Shown here: piece after piece, positions 1 through 10,407 of the stretch
How the letters are laid out: each line of letters begins with the position of its first letter
Numbering within the stretch: position 1 is the stretch's first letter
From: Nitrospirota bacterium
Lineage (GTDB): Bacteria; Nitrospirota; Nitrospiria; Nitrospirales; Nitrospiraceae
Length of the DNA: 64,000 bases
Reading direction: 5' to 3'
Assembly: GCA_963701855.1 (NCBI GenBank)
Contig: CAVPBK010000006.1
Location: forward strand, 704,001 to 768,000
Program-made: the position numbers and the translations under genes
Notes under the pieces: generated by a model
What the model was told of the DNA's origin: nothing
Seen by the model: the letters and a program-made list of their open reading frames with translations, nothing else
The model's database searches: none

Positions 1-591
1 TTGCTGCGTCATGGCGAATCGCAATGGAACTTGGAGAATCGTTTCACGGGTTGGGTGGATGTGCCCCTGTCTCCGCGCGGCATTCAGGAGGCGAAGGACG
101 CGGGCGAAAAATTGCGCGATTATACGTTTGACCGGGCCTTTACCTCCGTGTTGGCCCGTGCGAATGAGACGTTGCGGCTGGTGCTCGACACCATCGGCCA
201 GACCGGTATCCCGATCGAGAAAGACAAGGCCCTCAATGAACGGATGTACGGCGAGCTCCAAGGATTGAACAAGGACGAGACCGTGAAAAAATACGGTGAG
301 GCACAGGTGAAGATCTGGCGGCGGAGTTACGATGTACGTCCGCCGGGAGGGGAAAGCCTGAAAGACACGGCGGAGCGTGTATTACCCTACTATGAACAGA
401 CCATCAAGCCCTATGTTTTGAAAGGGGACACGATCCTCGTCGCAGCGCATGGAAACAGCTTACGAGCCTTGATCATGGAGTTGGAGCAACTCTCTCGAGA
501 GCAAGTGCTGGAGTTAAATGTCCCAACCGGTGCGCCGCTGCTCTATGAATTGGACAAGACCGGGAAGGTCGTCGATCACCGCTACCTCTGA
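1..591 (+). CDS. gpmA: 2,3-bisphosphoglycerate-dependent phosphoglycerate mutase (5'-partial)
   Basis: [20 protein letters not shown] and AHGNSLR motifs; start lies before the window. Confidence 0.95.
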   Translation: MLRHGESQWNLENRFTGWVDVPLSPRGIQEAKDAGEKLRDYTFDRAFTSVLARANETLRLVLDTIGQTGIPIEKDKALNERMYGELQGLNKDETVKKYGEAQVKIWRRSYDVRPPGGESLKDTAERVLPYYEQTIKPYVLKGDTILVAAHGNSLRALIMELEQLSREQVLELNVPTGAPLLYELDKTGKVVDHRYL

Positions 592-613
592 CAGGTCTCG
601 GTAGGTTAGGAAA

Positions 614-1108
614 TTATCCGATATTTTCCAATAACTGCCCGTAGGTGTTGACCGGCACGAAATCGATCAGCAGGGTCAATAGATTGCCCCGTTCTGCTTC
701 TCTGATTAATTGGTTCTCCTCCATCAACGTAGCGGCTTCCGCACTCACCGCAAGCGGACTTACCCCTTCTTCAATCAAGCGATTATACCGGCGGCGGCGG
801 TCCTCCCAGTCGTTGAGGTAGGCGGCCCAGGAAGCTGAGCCGACTGGAACAGTTGTACCCCATCCTGCTTTCATCGTATCCAAGATGAATTCCAACAACG
901 CGGACTGATATTTCTGAGGGATGTGCGCCTCGATGGCTGCGAAGATCCAAAACAGGTTCAGCGAGAGCACTTCTTGCGTGATCGCCTGAGCCTGCTCGGT
1001 CGTTGCCTCGATCCCATATTCCTCCAGCTGCTGAACGGATAGGCCGAGCGGCATCGCTGCAACCAGGGCCACTGCTGCTTGCTTCGGTGTCATCGAGTTG
1101 GCTGACAT
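614..1108 (-). CDS. hypothetical protein
   Basis: 164-aa ORF with a GGAG-type RBS upstream; no recognised motif. Confidence 0.7.
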   Translation of the reverse strand: MSANSMTPKQAAVALVAAMPLGLSVQQLEEYGIEATTEQAQAITQEVLSLNLFWIFAAIEAHIPQKYQSALLEFILDTMKAGWGTTVPVGSASWAAYLNDWEDRRRRYNRLIEEGVSPLAVSAEAATLMEENQLIREAERGNLLTLLIDFVPVNTYGQLLENIG

Positions 1109-1212
1109 ACCTCATCTCCTCCCTCGTCCACAATGGCAGAGAGTACTCTACTGCTGCCATTGCGCTCAAGCAGCATGTCCCAGCCTGCCTCCTGTGCTAG
1201 AGTCCGCCGCCA

Positions 1213-1445
1213 TGATTGGGCAGATTGCCACCACATTTTCACGATGGACCTGTGCCGCTAGTCTGTTGGCTCTCTTGGCCACAGGCACGGTCATGGATGC
1301 ACCTCACACCCAAGCAGGCGAACCGCGCTGGGGATTCGGGAGCGGCCTGGGATTCACATCTGGAACGGTCAATGCCACGGTGTTCACCCTGGCATTCATA
1401 GGCGCAGGCACTTCGGCGGAGCCTTGCGAGAGTCCAGCTCTCTGA
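1213..1445 (+). pseudogene. probable truncated exported/outer-membrane beta-barrel protein
   Basis: Signal-peptide-like N-terminus then alternating beta-strand pattern (RWGFGSGLGFTSG...VFTLAF), ending after about 77 aa. Confidence 0.35.
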
Positions 1446-1486
1446 TACGCGAATGAAGTATCTGAGGATGTGGTGAGAAGTGGCAG

Positions 1487-2509
1487 TTAGGCCGCTTTGG
1501 CCGGCCGCCAGCGAAGTCCGATGTTCAGCAGTTCTTGCAACAGATCTTTATAGGTATATCCAGCTTTCTCTGCCGAATCAGAAAAGTCTTCATCGTGCGC
1601 GATTTGTGGATTCGGATTGGCTTCCAGCACGTACACGTTTCCCTCCGCGTCCATTCTTACGTCGATGCGCGCATAGCCACTCAAGCCGAGTGTACGATAG
1701 ACTCGCTTCGCGAGATGTTGAATCTCCTCGGCTTTCCCTTCAGGAAGATTCCTGGCTTCCCCTGAACGAATCCCATACTTGATTTGATACGTGCGACTCC
1801 ATTTGACTCGTTCTGTCGCAATCCGGCGGGCGTCATCCGGAAGCTTATCCATAATCAACTCCCATACCGGCAAGACGTGGACATGCCCATTGCCCATCAC
1901 TCCGACATAGAATTCACGTCCTTCGATATACCGCTCGATGAGGGCGCCGGTCCCCACGTTCGTATGGATGAATTCGACTCGCTCCTTGAGTTTGTCGTCA
2001 TCCTGGACAATGGACGCCTGAGAGATCCCGAGCGATGCCTCTTCGGTCACCGATTTGACAATTAAAGGAAATGACAGCCACTTGGGCCGTTTGACCGTCC
2101 GCCCCTGCTGCACCACCATGAAATCCGGGAATGGGATTCGATGGAATGAGAACAGCTTCTTGGAGAGGACTTTGTCGCGTGCCAGCATCAACCCACGTGG
2201 GTTACAGCCGGTATAGGGCATGTGAAGCAGTTCAAGATAGGACACGACGTTCTGGTCGTACACCGCCACCCCATCAAACTCTTCGAGCAGATTGAAGGCA
2301 ATGTGCGGCTTCCAGTCTTCTATGGCGGATCGAAGCACACCGAGATCGCTCTTGACCCCCAGCGGCTTGACGTCATGTCCCAGCTTACGGAGCGTGGAGA
2401 CTACATCGTATTCCGTCTTCCACTCGGCTCCTGTCACCTCCTGCCCGTTGAGAGGGTCCGGAGGAACCAGATCTTCGTGCATCAACACGAGAATTCGGAG
2501 ACGTTTCAT
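1487..2509 (-). CDS. ATP-grasp protein, D-Ala-D-Ala ligase-like
   Basis: FPLIVKS, ERYIEGREF, GYARIDVR and LEANPNP ATP-grasp motifs; lacks the Ddl N-terminal GGxSxE motif. Confidence 0.88.
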   Translation of the reverse strand: MKRLRILVLMHEDLVPPDPLNGQEVTGAEWKTEYDVVSTLRKLGHDVKPLGVKSDLGVLRSAIEDWKPHIAFNLLEEFDGVAVYDQNVVSYLELLHMPYTGCNPRGLMLARDKVLSKKLFSFHRIPFPDFMVVQQGRTVKRPKWLSFPLIVKSVTEEASLGISQASIVQDDDKLKERVEFIHTNVGTGALIERYIEGREFYVGVMGNGHVHVLPVWELIMDKLPDDARRIATERVKWSRTYQIKYGIRSGEARNLPEGKAEEIQHLAKRVYRTLGLSGYARIDVRMDAEGNVYVLEANPNPQIAHDEDFSDSAEKAGYTYKDLLQELLNIGLRWRPAKAA

Positions 2510-3591
2510 ACCGCTACCCTATGCCGCCCGCTGCGCAGGTAGTTCATCGTGTGGACGGTCAGCAAAATGGTGAAATCCAATTTCGCCTGCTCTTCCGCGA
2601 ACGGCAGGCGCAGATGGAGCTGACGGCAGCGCTGAATCATGTCCTCCAGAACCTGATCAATTGTATACTGATATTCGCCGGTCCAGGCTGCGACTTTGCG
2701 GCGCACTTCTTTTCTAAAGCGGTTCAAGAAGGTGGCGGCGCTCATTTTATCGGCATAGGCAGGGGCATCGGAAAAAAGTCGCTTTAAGTCCGGATCGTAC
2801 AATGACGGTCGTTCAACCCCATAGTGCCTACGCTTTCGCTCATAGTGCTCGCGAAGGGTCTTCTTCAGTTCGGACAGCGGATCGATCTCCTCACTCGTGA
2901 CCACCTTGGGTGGAACAGCCGCCAGCCCTTCCATCAGCCCGTTGACATACTGCAGCTTCTTGAGTACCGGCCATCCCTTGTAGCGGTCGGTCCATATCGA
3001 ATCTGGGGTAAGCCAGACCGCGAAGGTTTCTGCAAAGTCTTCGTCCGGATGACTTTGCGCATACCACACATCGAGGTGCCGCACGAAGCTCCGACTATAG
3101 GGTCTGGGGCTGTAATATTTTGGGTAGGGATCGGACGAGCGACCAAAGACCTGTTGCCGGCGGCGGAGACGGCGGAGCCGATAGGCATTTTCCACGGCGT
3201 GGCCGGCCTCATGCCGCAAAATACGCATGCACCATTCCGAGGTCCCGCCCTCGACCTCGAGCATCTGTTCCATTTCAAGTTTCGCGAGGCGTGGATGGGC
3301 CAGATAAAACGGCACGGCAATCCCTGGCACCCCATCCGGAGTAAACCATTCGTTGGACAACCAAAAGTGAGGACGGAATACGAGCTGTCTGGCTTCGAGT
3401 TCGGCATAGAGTTGCTGGATCTGTCCTGATAGGAATGCCCCGCTGAGCGTGACTCCGAGTTGGCTCATGGGGAGGCTCAAAAGCTTCTCGTTGGACCACG
3501 AGACCCATTCCGGCTCGTGATCATGGTTGTCAGACGCTGTCACATCCTGTGCCCGTAATCGTTGCATCGATACCATGCTCCTCACGATCAA
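2506..3591 (-). CDS. putative zinc-binding metallopeptidase
   Basis: HEAGH (HExxH) plus downstream HPDEDFAETF; 4-bp overlap with the ATP-grasp gene; true start may be a few codons downstream. Confidence 0.85.
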   Translation of the reverse strand: MIVRSMVSMQRLRAQDVTASDNHDHEPEWVSWSNEKLLSLPMSQLGVTLSGAFLSGQIQQLYAELEARQLVFRPHFWLSNEWFTPDGVPGIAVPFYLAHPRLAKLEMEQMLEVEGGTSEWCMRILRHEAGHAVENAYRLRRLRRRQQVFGRSSDPYPKYYSPRPYSRSFVRHLDVWYAQSHPDEDFAETFAVWLTPDSIWTDRYKGWPVLKKLQYVNGLMEGLAAVPPKVVTSEEIDPLSELKKTLREHYERKRRHYGVERPSLYDPDLKRLFSDAPAYADKMSAATFLNRFRKEVRRKVAAWTGEYQYTIDQVLEDMIQRCRQLHLRLPFAEEQAKLDFTILLTVHTMNYLRSGRHRVAV

Positions 3592-3745
3592 CCTGTAAGA
3601 AGTACTATGGAAAATATAGCATGTGCGTTGACGTAGCCTCGATTTAGGAGGCCATTCCGTTGATTATCCCTAATTAAGTGGAGAAAAAATGTCCGATCGA
3701 GTCCAAGAATGAACCGGCAGAGGCAATAGATGCCGGAAAGCCTGG

Positions 3746-4240
3746 CTAACGGAGGCGCGAAAGAAGGGCTGGTGCTGTGACCCAGATGCTATCGATTACC
3801 GAACATACATAGGCGCGGGCCCGCTCAGGGTTAGTTTCCCAATCCGGTATCGCTTCATGCAAATCCAAAATCGGCTGGTCGTGGCCGAGACAGATCTGAT
3901 TAAACAGGGAAACGTCTCGTCTAAATTTTTCCCGAATGAAGGCTTGGTGGTTTCGCCCCATCGCAATGACGAGGTCGGCACCCTCGACCAACTCCCTGGT
4001 GAGTTGTCGTTGAACGTGTCTGGTTATATCAGCTCCTTTCTCCCGCAATCGGATCTGGACCCAGTCATGCACCGATTGAGGCTTGGCGTCGATCCCGGCC
4101 GAGCTGACGACGCAGGATGTACTGAGGCCAAGTCCCGCCTTGAGTGCGTATTCTGCCGTCATACTCCTAAAGATGTTCCCCGTACACACGAACAGGACTG
4201 ACTGAAGTTTCCCGCCGGAGCAATTCTCATCCTTCTCCAT
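3746..4240 (-). CDS. low-molecular-weight protein-tyrosine phosphatase family protein
   Basis: [14 protein letters not shown]5R loop, [11 protein letters not shown]. Confidence 0.88.
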   Translation of the reverse strand: MEKDENCSGGKLQSVLFVCTGNIFRSMTAEYALKAGLGLSTSCVVSSAGIDAKPQSVHDWVQIRLREKGADITRHVQRQLTRELVEGADLVIAMGRNHQAFIREKFRRDVSLFNQICLGHDQPILDLHEAIPDWETNPERARAYVCSVIDSIWVTAPALLSRLR

Positions 4241-4251
4241 GGTGCCCCCAG

Positions 4252-5169
4252 TTGAAGATCGACAGCCGCGTGGCTGACCACGTAGAATGCCAACCTATGG
4301 CACATTCGGCAAGCCCGTCACATCCTCCCGTAAAACTGAATGAAGCCACGGAACAGCTGCAAACCAGGCTACTTCGCCTTGCTGGGGAGACCATTGGCGA
4401 ATATGGTCTCATCAAAGATGGCGACAAGATCATGGTCTGCCTATCGGGCGGGAAGGACAGCTATGCACTGCTCGACTTATTGCTGGTCTTACAACGTCGT
4501 GCTCCAATTCACTTCGACCTTGTCGCGGTAAACTTGGATCAAAAACAGCCCGGGTTTCCAGCCCATGTACTTCCCGACTATCTCTCACAGATCGGGGTAC
4601 CATTCCATATCGAAGAACGAGACACCTACTCAATTGTCAAGCGACTCATCCCCGAAGGACAGACCACCTGTTCCCTCTGCTCCCGACTCCGTCGTGGCAT
4701 CCTCTATCGCGTCGCCACGGAATTGGGCGCGACCAAGATTGCATTGGGGCATCACCGCGATGACATTGTTGAAACCCTGTTTCTGAACTTGTTCTATACC
4801 GGCAAGCTTAAGACGATGCCGCCAAAACTACGCTCGAAAGATGGCCGACATGTGGTCATCCGCCCGCTGTCCGCCGTGCGGGAGAGTGATCTGGCCAGGT
4901 ATGCGGAGTTGCGCGCATTTCCCATTATTCCCTGCGATCTCTGCGGCTCACAAGAAGATCTCAAGCGAAAACAAGTGAAGGAGTTTTTACGCGAATGGGA
5001 GCAGCGGTCTCCTGGCTGTACAGACAGCATGTTCGCCGCCCTATCGAACGTGGCGCCGCCCCTGCTCCTGGACCGACGGCTGTTTGACTTCGTGGGTCTT
5101 CACGCATCCGATCAACTGGAGGGACAGGAAGACGCCTGGCTGGATCAAGTCCCTGCCTCACTCTCATGA
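4252..5169 (+). CDS. ttcA: tRNA 2-thiocytidine(32) synthetase
   Basis: SGGKDS PP-loop, CSLC and CDLC motifs, GHHRDD; ATG at 4297 is an alternative start. Confidence 0.95.
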   Translation: MKIDSRVADHVECQPMAHSASPSHPPVKLNEATEQLQTRLLRLAGETIGEYGLIKDGDKIMVCLSGGKDSYALLDLLLVLQRRAPIHFDLVAVNLDQKQPGFPAHVLPDYLSQIGVPFHIEERDTYSIVKRLIPEGQTTCSLCSRLRRGILYRVATELGATKIALGHHRDDIVETLFLNLFYTGKLKTMPPKLRSKDGRHVVIRPLSAVRESDLARYAELRAFPIIPCDLCGSQEDLKRKQVKEFLREWEQRSPGCTDSMFAALSNVAPPLLLDRRLFDFVGLHASDQLEGQEDAWLDQVPASLS

Positions 5170-5329
5170 GCCTTACAACTTCGAACCGAATGAAATGAGA
5201 TCGGCAACATCTGGCGAGCGCCCGGATATTGGCCACAAAATCGCGCAACTCCTGGCGAGTCCGCCATTGCGTTGAACGCCCGTAATTCGCTATACAGGAC
5301 TTCCAATTTTCGTCGGCAGGGTAAGGTTC

Positions 5330-5983
5330 ATGACACACTATCCTGATTTCAAGATGGTCGCTGAGCAACTGGTCCAAACAGCCCGCTGGGCATCTCATAT
5401 GGGCTGGGCTCCTGCTACGAGTACAAATTATAGCGTGAGGTTACCGGAAGACCACGCCCCCGCATATTGCGCGATTACAAGTTCAGGAGTGGACAAGAGC
5501 ACGATTGAAATCGAGCACATCCTCGCCGTCGACCAACAGGGCAGGCCTATTGACGCAGGCGGACTGAAACCTTCAGCCGAAACCCCTCTCCATTTGCTCC
5601 TCTATCACACGATGGGGGCCGGAGCCGTGCTTCATACGCACTCGCTCCCAGCAGCGTTGCTCTCGCAGTTGGCTCGCGACGAAGGACAGGTACTGCTCTC
5701 TGGATGGGAATTGCTGAAAGGGTTGAGCGGCATCGATACCCACGAAGTAGAAATTTCCTTGCCGATCTATCCGAACTCACAGGATATGCAGGAATTGTCG
5801 GCGCGAGTGGAACAATCCCTTTCGACGGAGCGGGCATGCTACGGATTCTTGCTGGCAGGACATGGCCTCTATGTCTGGGGCAAGGATCTGCTTGAAGCCA
5901 AACGGCATCTTGAAGTCTTGGAATATCTTCTCCAGTGCCAACGGGAGGTGACACGGCATGGCCACTCTGCGAATACCAAATAA
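5330..5983 (+). CDS. mtnB: methylthioribulose-1-phosphate dehydratase
   Basis: PATSTNYS, KPSAETPLH, HTHS and GHGLYVWG class II aldolase-fold motifs; adjacent to mtnD/mtnC. Confidence 0.93.
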   Translation: MTHYPDFKMVAEQLVQTARWASHMGWAPATSTNYSVRLPEDHAPAYCAITSSGVDKSTIEIEHILAVDQQGRPIDAGGLKPSAETPLHLLLYHTMGAGAVLHTHSLPAALLSQLARDEGQVLLSGWELLKGLSGIDTHEVEISLPIYPNSQDMQELSARVEQSLSTERACYGFLLAGHGLYVWGKDLLEAKRHLEVLEYLLQCQREVTRHGHSANTK

Positions 5984-6485
5984 GAACGTAACCCTGCGGG
6001 ATCCATCGACTGTGCGGCAATTTCTGAACGCGCGAGGCATCGTCTATGATCGATGGTCTATAGACAAAAACTTACTCTCCGGAACCACGAACGAGCAGGT
6101 TCTCGCCGCCTACGACTCCCTGCTCAAGCCTCTCATGGTAAAGGGGGGGTACCAGACGGCGGATATCGTCAATGTAGACGGGGATACGCCGAATCTGGCC
6201 GGAATCAGAGAGAAATTCCTCAGAGAACACACTCACACCGAGGATGAAGTGCGTGTCTTTGTTGAAGGCCAAGGATTTTTTTGGTTTCACAAGGAAGAAC
6301 CAGACGAGGAAGTCTTCGCCCTGTTGTGCGAGCAAGACGATCTCATTTCGGTCCCAGCCAACACAAAGCACTGGTTCGACTTAGGCGACCCTCCGAGGGT
6401 ACGTGCGATTCGCATCTTCACCGATCAAGCCGGCTGGGTACCGCACTATACGAATTCTGGAATCGATCAACGGTATCGCTGGTAG
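5958..6485 (+). CDS. mtnD: acireductone dioxygenase
   Basis: KFLREHTHTEDEVR cupin metal motif, VPANTKHWFD. Confidence 0.94.
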   Translation: MATLRIPNKNVTLRDPSTVRQFLNARGIVYDRWSIDKNLLSGTTNEQVLAAYDSLLKPLMVKGGYQTADIVNVDGDTPNLAGIREKFLREHTHTEDEVRVFVEGQGFFWFHKEEPDEEVFALLCEQDDLISVPANTKHWFDLGDPPRVRAIRIFTDQAGWVPHYTNSGIDQRYRW

Positions 6486-6492
6486 CCGCCCC

Positions 6493-7182
6493 ATGGTCCG
6501 ATACGTTCTCATGGATATCGAAGGCACTCTTATTTCGGTGGCTTTTGTCCGTGATATTCTCTTCCCGTTTGCAAAGCAACGTCTCACAAGCTTTCTCCAT
6601 GAACGTCGGCATGATCCCGATGTACTCCGATTGGCCACAGAATGCCAGAATGCCATTGAGCACGAAACAGGTACACGTCCTAGGTACGAGGAGTTGCCAG
6701 TCATGCTCGCAGGCTGGATCGATCAGGATCGAAAATTGGCCTGCCTCAAGGCGTTGCAAGGAGTGATCTGGGATGAGGGTTATCGACAGCGGGCATTTGC
6801 ACCGGAACTGTATGGTGATGTCCTGCCGGTATTAACACAATGGCGGACGAGCGGCATCCGACTCGGAATATACTCATCCGGCTCGAAACAGGCACAGCAG
6901 CTCCTCTTCACACACACCAACGCAGGAGATGTGACATCGTTGTTTGAACACTTTTTCGATACCAGTGTCGGCGAGAAGAAGACAGCATCCAGCTACCGCA
7001 CGATCAGCGAACAGATCGGTCTGCCACCCCATCACATTCTCTTTCTGTCGGACACGGAACACGAACTAGATGCCGCAGCACTGACTGGATTCAGGACCGC
7101 CCACATCGTGCGGCCTGGAACTGATGCGAGCACGCGCCATCCTATACATTCCGATCTCACGTCCATCCTCGTTGAAGGATAG
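6493..7182 (+). CDS. mtnC: enolase-phosphatase E1 (acireductone synthase)
   Basis: DIEGT HAD motif, LKALQG, YSSGS, LFLSD; ATG 7 bp after the mtnD stop. Confidence 0.93.
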   Translation: MVRYVLMDIEGTLISVAFVRDILFPFAKQRLTSFLHERRHDPDVLRLATECQNAIEHETGTRPRYEELPVMLAGWIDQDRKLACLKALQGVIWDEGYRQRAFAPELYGDVLPVLTQWRTSGIRLGIYSSGSKQAQQLLFTHTNAGDVTSLFEHFFDTSVGEKKTASSYRTISEQIGLPPHHILFLSDTEHELDAAALTGFRTAHIVRPGTDASTRHPIHSDLTSILVEG

Positions 7183-7231
7183 ACTTTCCTATCGACACAA
7201 TGTTCGGGACAGCTCGAAAGACACAAGAGGG

Positions 7232-7795
7232 TTAGGCCTTCAACTTCGAAATGAACTGTTTGCGGAACTTGACTACTTTCGGTCCGACGACGGCTGTACA
7301 GTAACCCTGAAAGGGATTCCGCACAAAATATTCCTGGTGATAAGACTCGGCTTCGTGCCAGATCCCGGCAGGAGTGATCTCCGTCACGATCGGATTGGCA
7401 TAGAGCTTCGCATTTGTCACGGCTGCGATCACCTCCTCAGCAATCTGCTTCTGCTCAGGCCCATGATAAAAAATTGCCGACCGGTATTGAGTCCCGGCAT
7501 CATGTCCCTGCCGATTGAGTGTCGTAGGATCGTGGATGACAAACAATACTTCTAGCAATTCGCGATAGCTGACGACGTTGGGGTCGAACGTGATACGTAC
7601 CGCTTCCGCGTGACCAGTCTTGCCGCTACAGACAGCTTCATACGTCGGATGATCGACCTGACCACCTATATAGCCGGATTCGACCGCTATCACACCTTTC
7701 ATCTGGTCATAGACCGCTTCAAGGCACCAAAAGCAACCGCCGGCTACGGTTGCAATGCGATATCCAGTCTGCGCTGGAGATACGGTGTGTCCCAT
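7232..7795 (-). CDS. msrA: peptide-methionine (S)-S-oxide reductase
   Basis: GGCFWC, GHAEAV, HDPTTLNRQG, AESYHQEY. Confidence 0.96.
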   Translation of the reverse strand: MGHTVSPAQTGYRIATVAGGCFWCLEAVYDQMKGVIAVESGYIGGQVDHPTYEAVCSGKTGHAEAVRITFDPNVVSYRELLEVLFVIHDPTTLNRQGHDAGTQYRSAIFYHGPEQKQIAEEVIAAVTNAKLYANPIVTEITPAGIWHEAESYHQEYFVRNPFQGYCTAVVGPKVVKFRKQFISKLKA

Positions 7796-8010
7796 CGTGT
7801 AAATCTCTGATTATATGGCTTGAAGAAGAGTCGCGAATGGTTCCACGTTCTTTCATGCCTACTGTTATCTTATACCATAGGCACCGTGAAGCCGTGAAAC
7901 AGTTCCGCGAGCAAGAAGCACAGGTTCTTCCTGCCTAAGGATTGTAGGCAAGGTGGCCAAACCGTCTGGATCTATCTGGGTTCTAAAGGAGTAACGGTGG
8001 GTGAGAAAGA

Positions 8011-8427
8011 CTACGTCTTAATTTCTTCGTTTAGACTGGCGATAACCTGCTTGAGATTTTCCTCATCATCGGGTTTAATCTTGATGAACTGGATCCCAAA
8101 TGTATTGGCTTTGACCCACCGCACTTGGGCTTCGTCGATCCGCAAAGGCCAGTCAAGCCCAGGGACATAGATACGGAACTCAAACGAAGCTCCCACGGCG
8201 ACCGGAAAATCCGCCTCTATCATACAGCCGCCAACAGAGAGATCCAGCGTCCGACCTTGGCCTTCACGTTGCCCGCCTGAAATTGTGCTCCTGAACTGTG
8301 AAGTAAAACGTGGTTGCTGGCGTTTCTCTATAGGAAACTCTTCTTTGATAGTATGAGACTGAGGATGCTTCTTACTTAAATCCTGCTTATTCTTCATAAA
8401 AATCATGCTTGCATCAGTTCCAATCAA
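8011..8427 (-). CDS. PilZ domain protein
   Basis: RQQPR (RxxxR) and DLSVGG (DxSxxG); start uncertain. Confidence 0.88.
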   Translation of the reverse strand: MIGTDASMIFMKNKQDLSKKHPQSHTIKEEFPIEKRQQPRFTSQFRSTISGGQREGQGRTLDLSVGGCMIEADFPVAVGASFEFRIYVPGLDWPLRIDEAQVRWVKANTFGIQFIKIKPDDEENLKQVIASLNEEIKT

Positions 8428-8488
8428 ACAATGAACCCCAAGCCTGTTTTAGAGGCGCAAGGGTTCTTTGGTGTCGCCGATCGTTTGA

Positions 8489-9103
8489 TTATTTCTTCAT
8501 ATTCAACAATACGTGTCCGCGGCGATTCTGCTGGTAGCAGGACTCAGTAGGATCCTCGCAGAAAGGACGCGCCTTGCCGTACGACACGATCGCTACCTGC
8601 TTGGGGGCTACGCCCGATTCGATCAGATAGCTGCGCGCAGCCTTGGCTCGCTTATCCCCCAGCACGATGTTGTAGTCGGACGTGCCCCGTTCATCGCAAT
8701 GACCCTCGACCTTCATCACTGCTCCAGGATGATCCTTCAGCCACTGTGCATCGAGGTTCAATGCCTCCATTCCGGCGTCTGAAAGAATCCACTGATCATA
8801 TCCAAAAAACACGTCCTTTAGGCCAGCCTCGATGGCCGCTTTTTCCTCTTTGGTTATTTCAGCACGCTGACGGGCGCTCATCCCAGAGGGAGAAAGTGAT
8901 ACGATATCGCCGCCCTTCCCCAGACGCTCTTCCGAGGGATTCTTAGAGAAACCACTTAGCCCTTTCCCTGAACTACCGTTTTGCGCAGACCCTGCTCCCG
9001 TCTCTCCATCGGACTGCAACCATTTCATGCTACAGCCCTGACCAACCAACAGGACAAGCCCTATCGCTGCCACAACACCTATTTTCATTGAACTTCCGAT
9101 CAT
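8489..9103 (-). CDS. OmpA-family peptidoglycan-associated lipoprotein (Pal-like)
   Basis: Lipobox-like GQGC; VEGHCDERG, YNIVLGDKRA, VSYGK, NRR. Confidence 0.9.
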   Translation of the reverse strand: MIGSSMKIGVVAAIGLVLLVGQGCSMKWLQSDGETGAGSAQNGSSGKGLSGFSKNPSEERLGKGGDIVSLSPSGMSARQRAEITKEEKAAIEAGLKDVFFGYDQWILSDAGMEALNLDAQWLKDHPGAVMKVEGHCDERGTSDYNIVLGDKRAKAARSYLIESGVAPKQVAIVSYGKARPFCEDPTESCYQQNRRGHVLLNMKK

Positions 9104-9795
9104 GATTATTCTCCCATTTTTTGAATAACAATTCGCACGTGTACATGAAATATAGCACCTGAATGAAAAGATGAGACTCTCCTGCGGCTCGTAGCCATTT
9201 CGCTTTAATTGTCAGTCTGTTGGATGTGGATCTTGAGGGTGACCGCATCAGACAAGCAAGCAGTTACGCCGCTAGATCAATCACGAAGGAGGGGACCAGT
9301 GAGAAAACAAGTTAGAATTGGGCCTCCTTTCGATCAGCCCAGCGAGCCGGACGCATCACGGTACTTAATGCCGCTACAGCACAAATGAAGGACAACATGG
9401 CCAAGCCCACCATTAGAAAGAAACCAGCTCGGACGTCGTGGAGGACTACATGATTCATGGTAAGCCCCTCCTCTTGGTGACTATGCTTTTATCCGCTCAG
9501 CCATCCACAAGAACAGACCCAGGGTGCCGTGGGATCCTGCTTCGTCAACCAGCGTCCACAACAGGGACAATGCCTCGTCCAGGCATACCGCTGACGACGC
9601 CTGAGAAACCTTTCGCTAGAAAGTCTCACGCGATCTTGCCTATAGCATAGCACCATTCAGACACCCCCTTGACCATGCTCTTTGTTGTAAGAGTACTGCG
9701 GGGGATACGAGGAATCTATGCACCTTTGGGGGGAACGACCCTCTCGAAAGGGCCAAACAGGCCAGCTGTAAGCTACTAGTACTCCAATGATTCTA

Positions 9796-9817
9796 TCCAT
9801 CGGCTTCAGCCGATGGA
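9796..9817 (-). terminator. hairpin immediately downstream of the displaced tRNA 3' end
   Basis: TCCATCGGC-TTCA-GCCGATGGA perfect 9-bp stem next to the att repeat; no strong U-tail. Confidence 0.5.
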
Positions 9818-9818
9818 G

Positions 9819-9856
9819 TGGTGCGCCCGGAGGGACTTGAACCCCCAACCCTCGGA
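9819..9856 (-). repeat. att repeat: duplicated 3' half of tRNA-Arg
   Basis: 38/38 identical to 20364-20401; extends to 9866 with 2 mismatches. Confidence 0.95.
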
Positions 9857-9978
9857 CCAGAAGTCCTACCGGCTACTCCTGAGACAGAAAGTGAACAGGA
9901 ATGACAGACAGCGACGTTACCACTATGGATACTGATGATTAGGCCATTTGGCTCGACCATCAGTAGTGATAGAGGTAC

Positions 9979-10212
9979 ATTGGCAACCACGACCGGCAAC
10001 CCCGACGCGACGAGCGCCCCGATGAGTAGCAGCTCGAGACCACCGGTCGCCTCCAAGACGATCAACGCAACCGGGAAGGTCCGCAGGCGTTCGACCACGT
10101 GGGTATGCCCGGTCTCATCATTGGGTACGACGAACTGTCCTTCGGGCCGCAGGGCAATATCCAACTGCGCCTTTGAGACATCAATACCGACAAACCATGG
10201 GGCAGGTGTCAT
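9979..10212 (-). pseudogene. IS110-family recombinase N-terminal fragment
   Basis: FVGIDVSKAQLD and IVLEATGG DEDD/RuvC-like motifs; homology stops after PVVVAN (about 78 aa). Confidence 0.9.
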
Positions 10213-10407
10213 GATCGCCTCCCTTGGTGGCCCATCCTTGCATGATGCGGGCTTGTAGCCCCGTGCAACTGTTCGGGCTCATTCAGGATAAAGGCGTGAC
10301 GACCCTGGCTACTCCTCGGTCTCAGACGACCTCGGCTGGATCGGTCTATCACGCCCTGGGTGAAATGTGTTACGCGATTACACGGAATCAGAGAGTAAAG
10401 ATATAAG
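10213..10407 (-). ncRNA. IS110 non-coding left end, putative bridge-RNA locus
   Basis: About 195 nt upstream of the recombinase ATG, with two stem/internal-loop modules (GGCGTGA...TCACGCC; GCCCGAACAGTTGC...GCATCATGCAAGGATGGGC) resembling IS621-type target- and donor-binding loops. Confidence 0.6.

Noticed and set aside
9871..9880. GGCTACTCCT identical to 10307-10316 in the putative bridge-RNA target loop
   Set aside because: Orientation is opposite to that expected for this element's own right flank, and a 10-bp match can be chance
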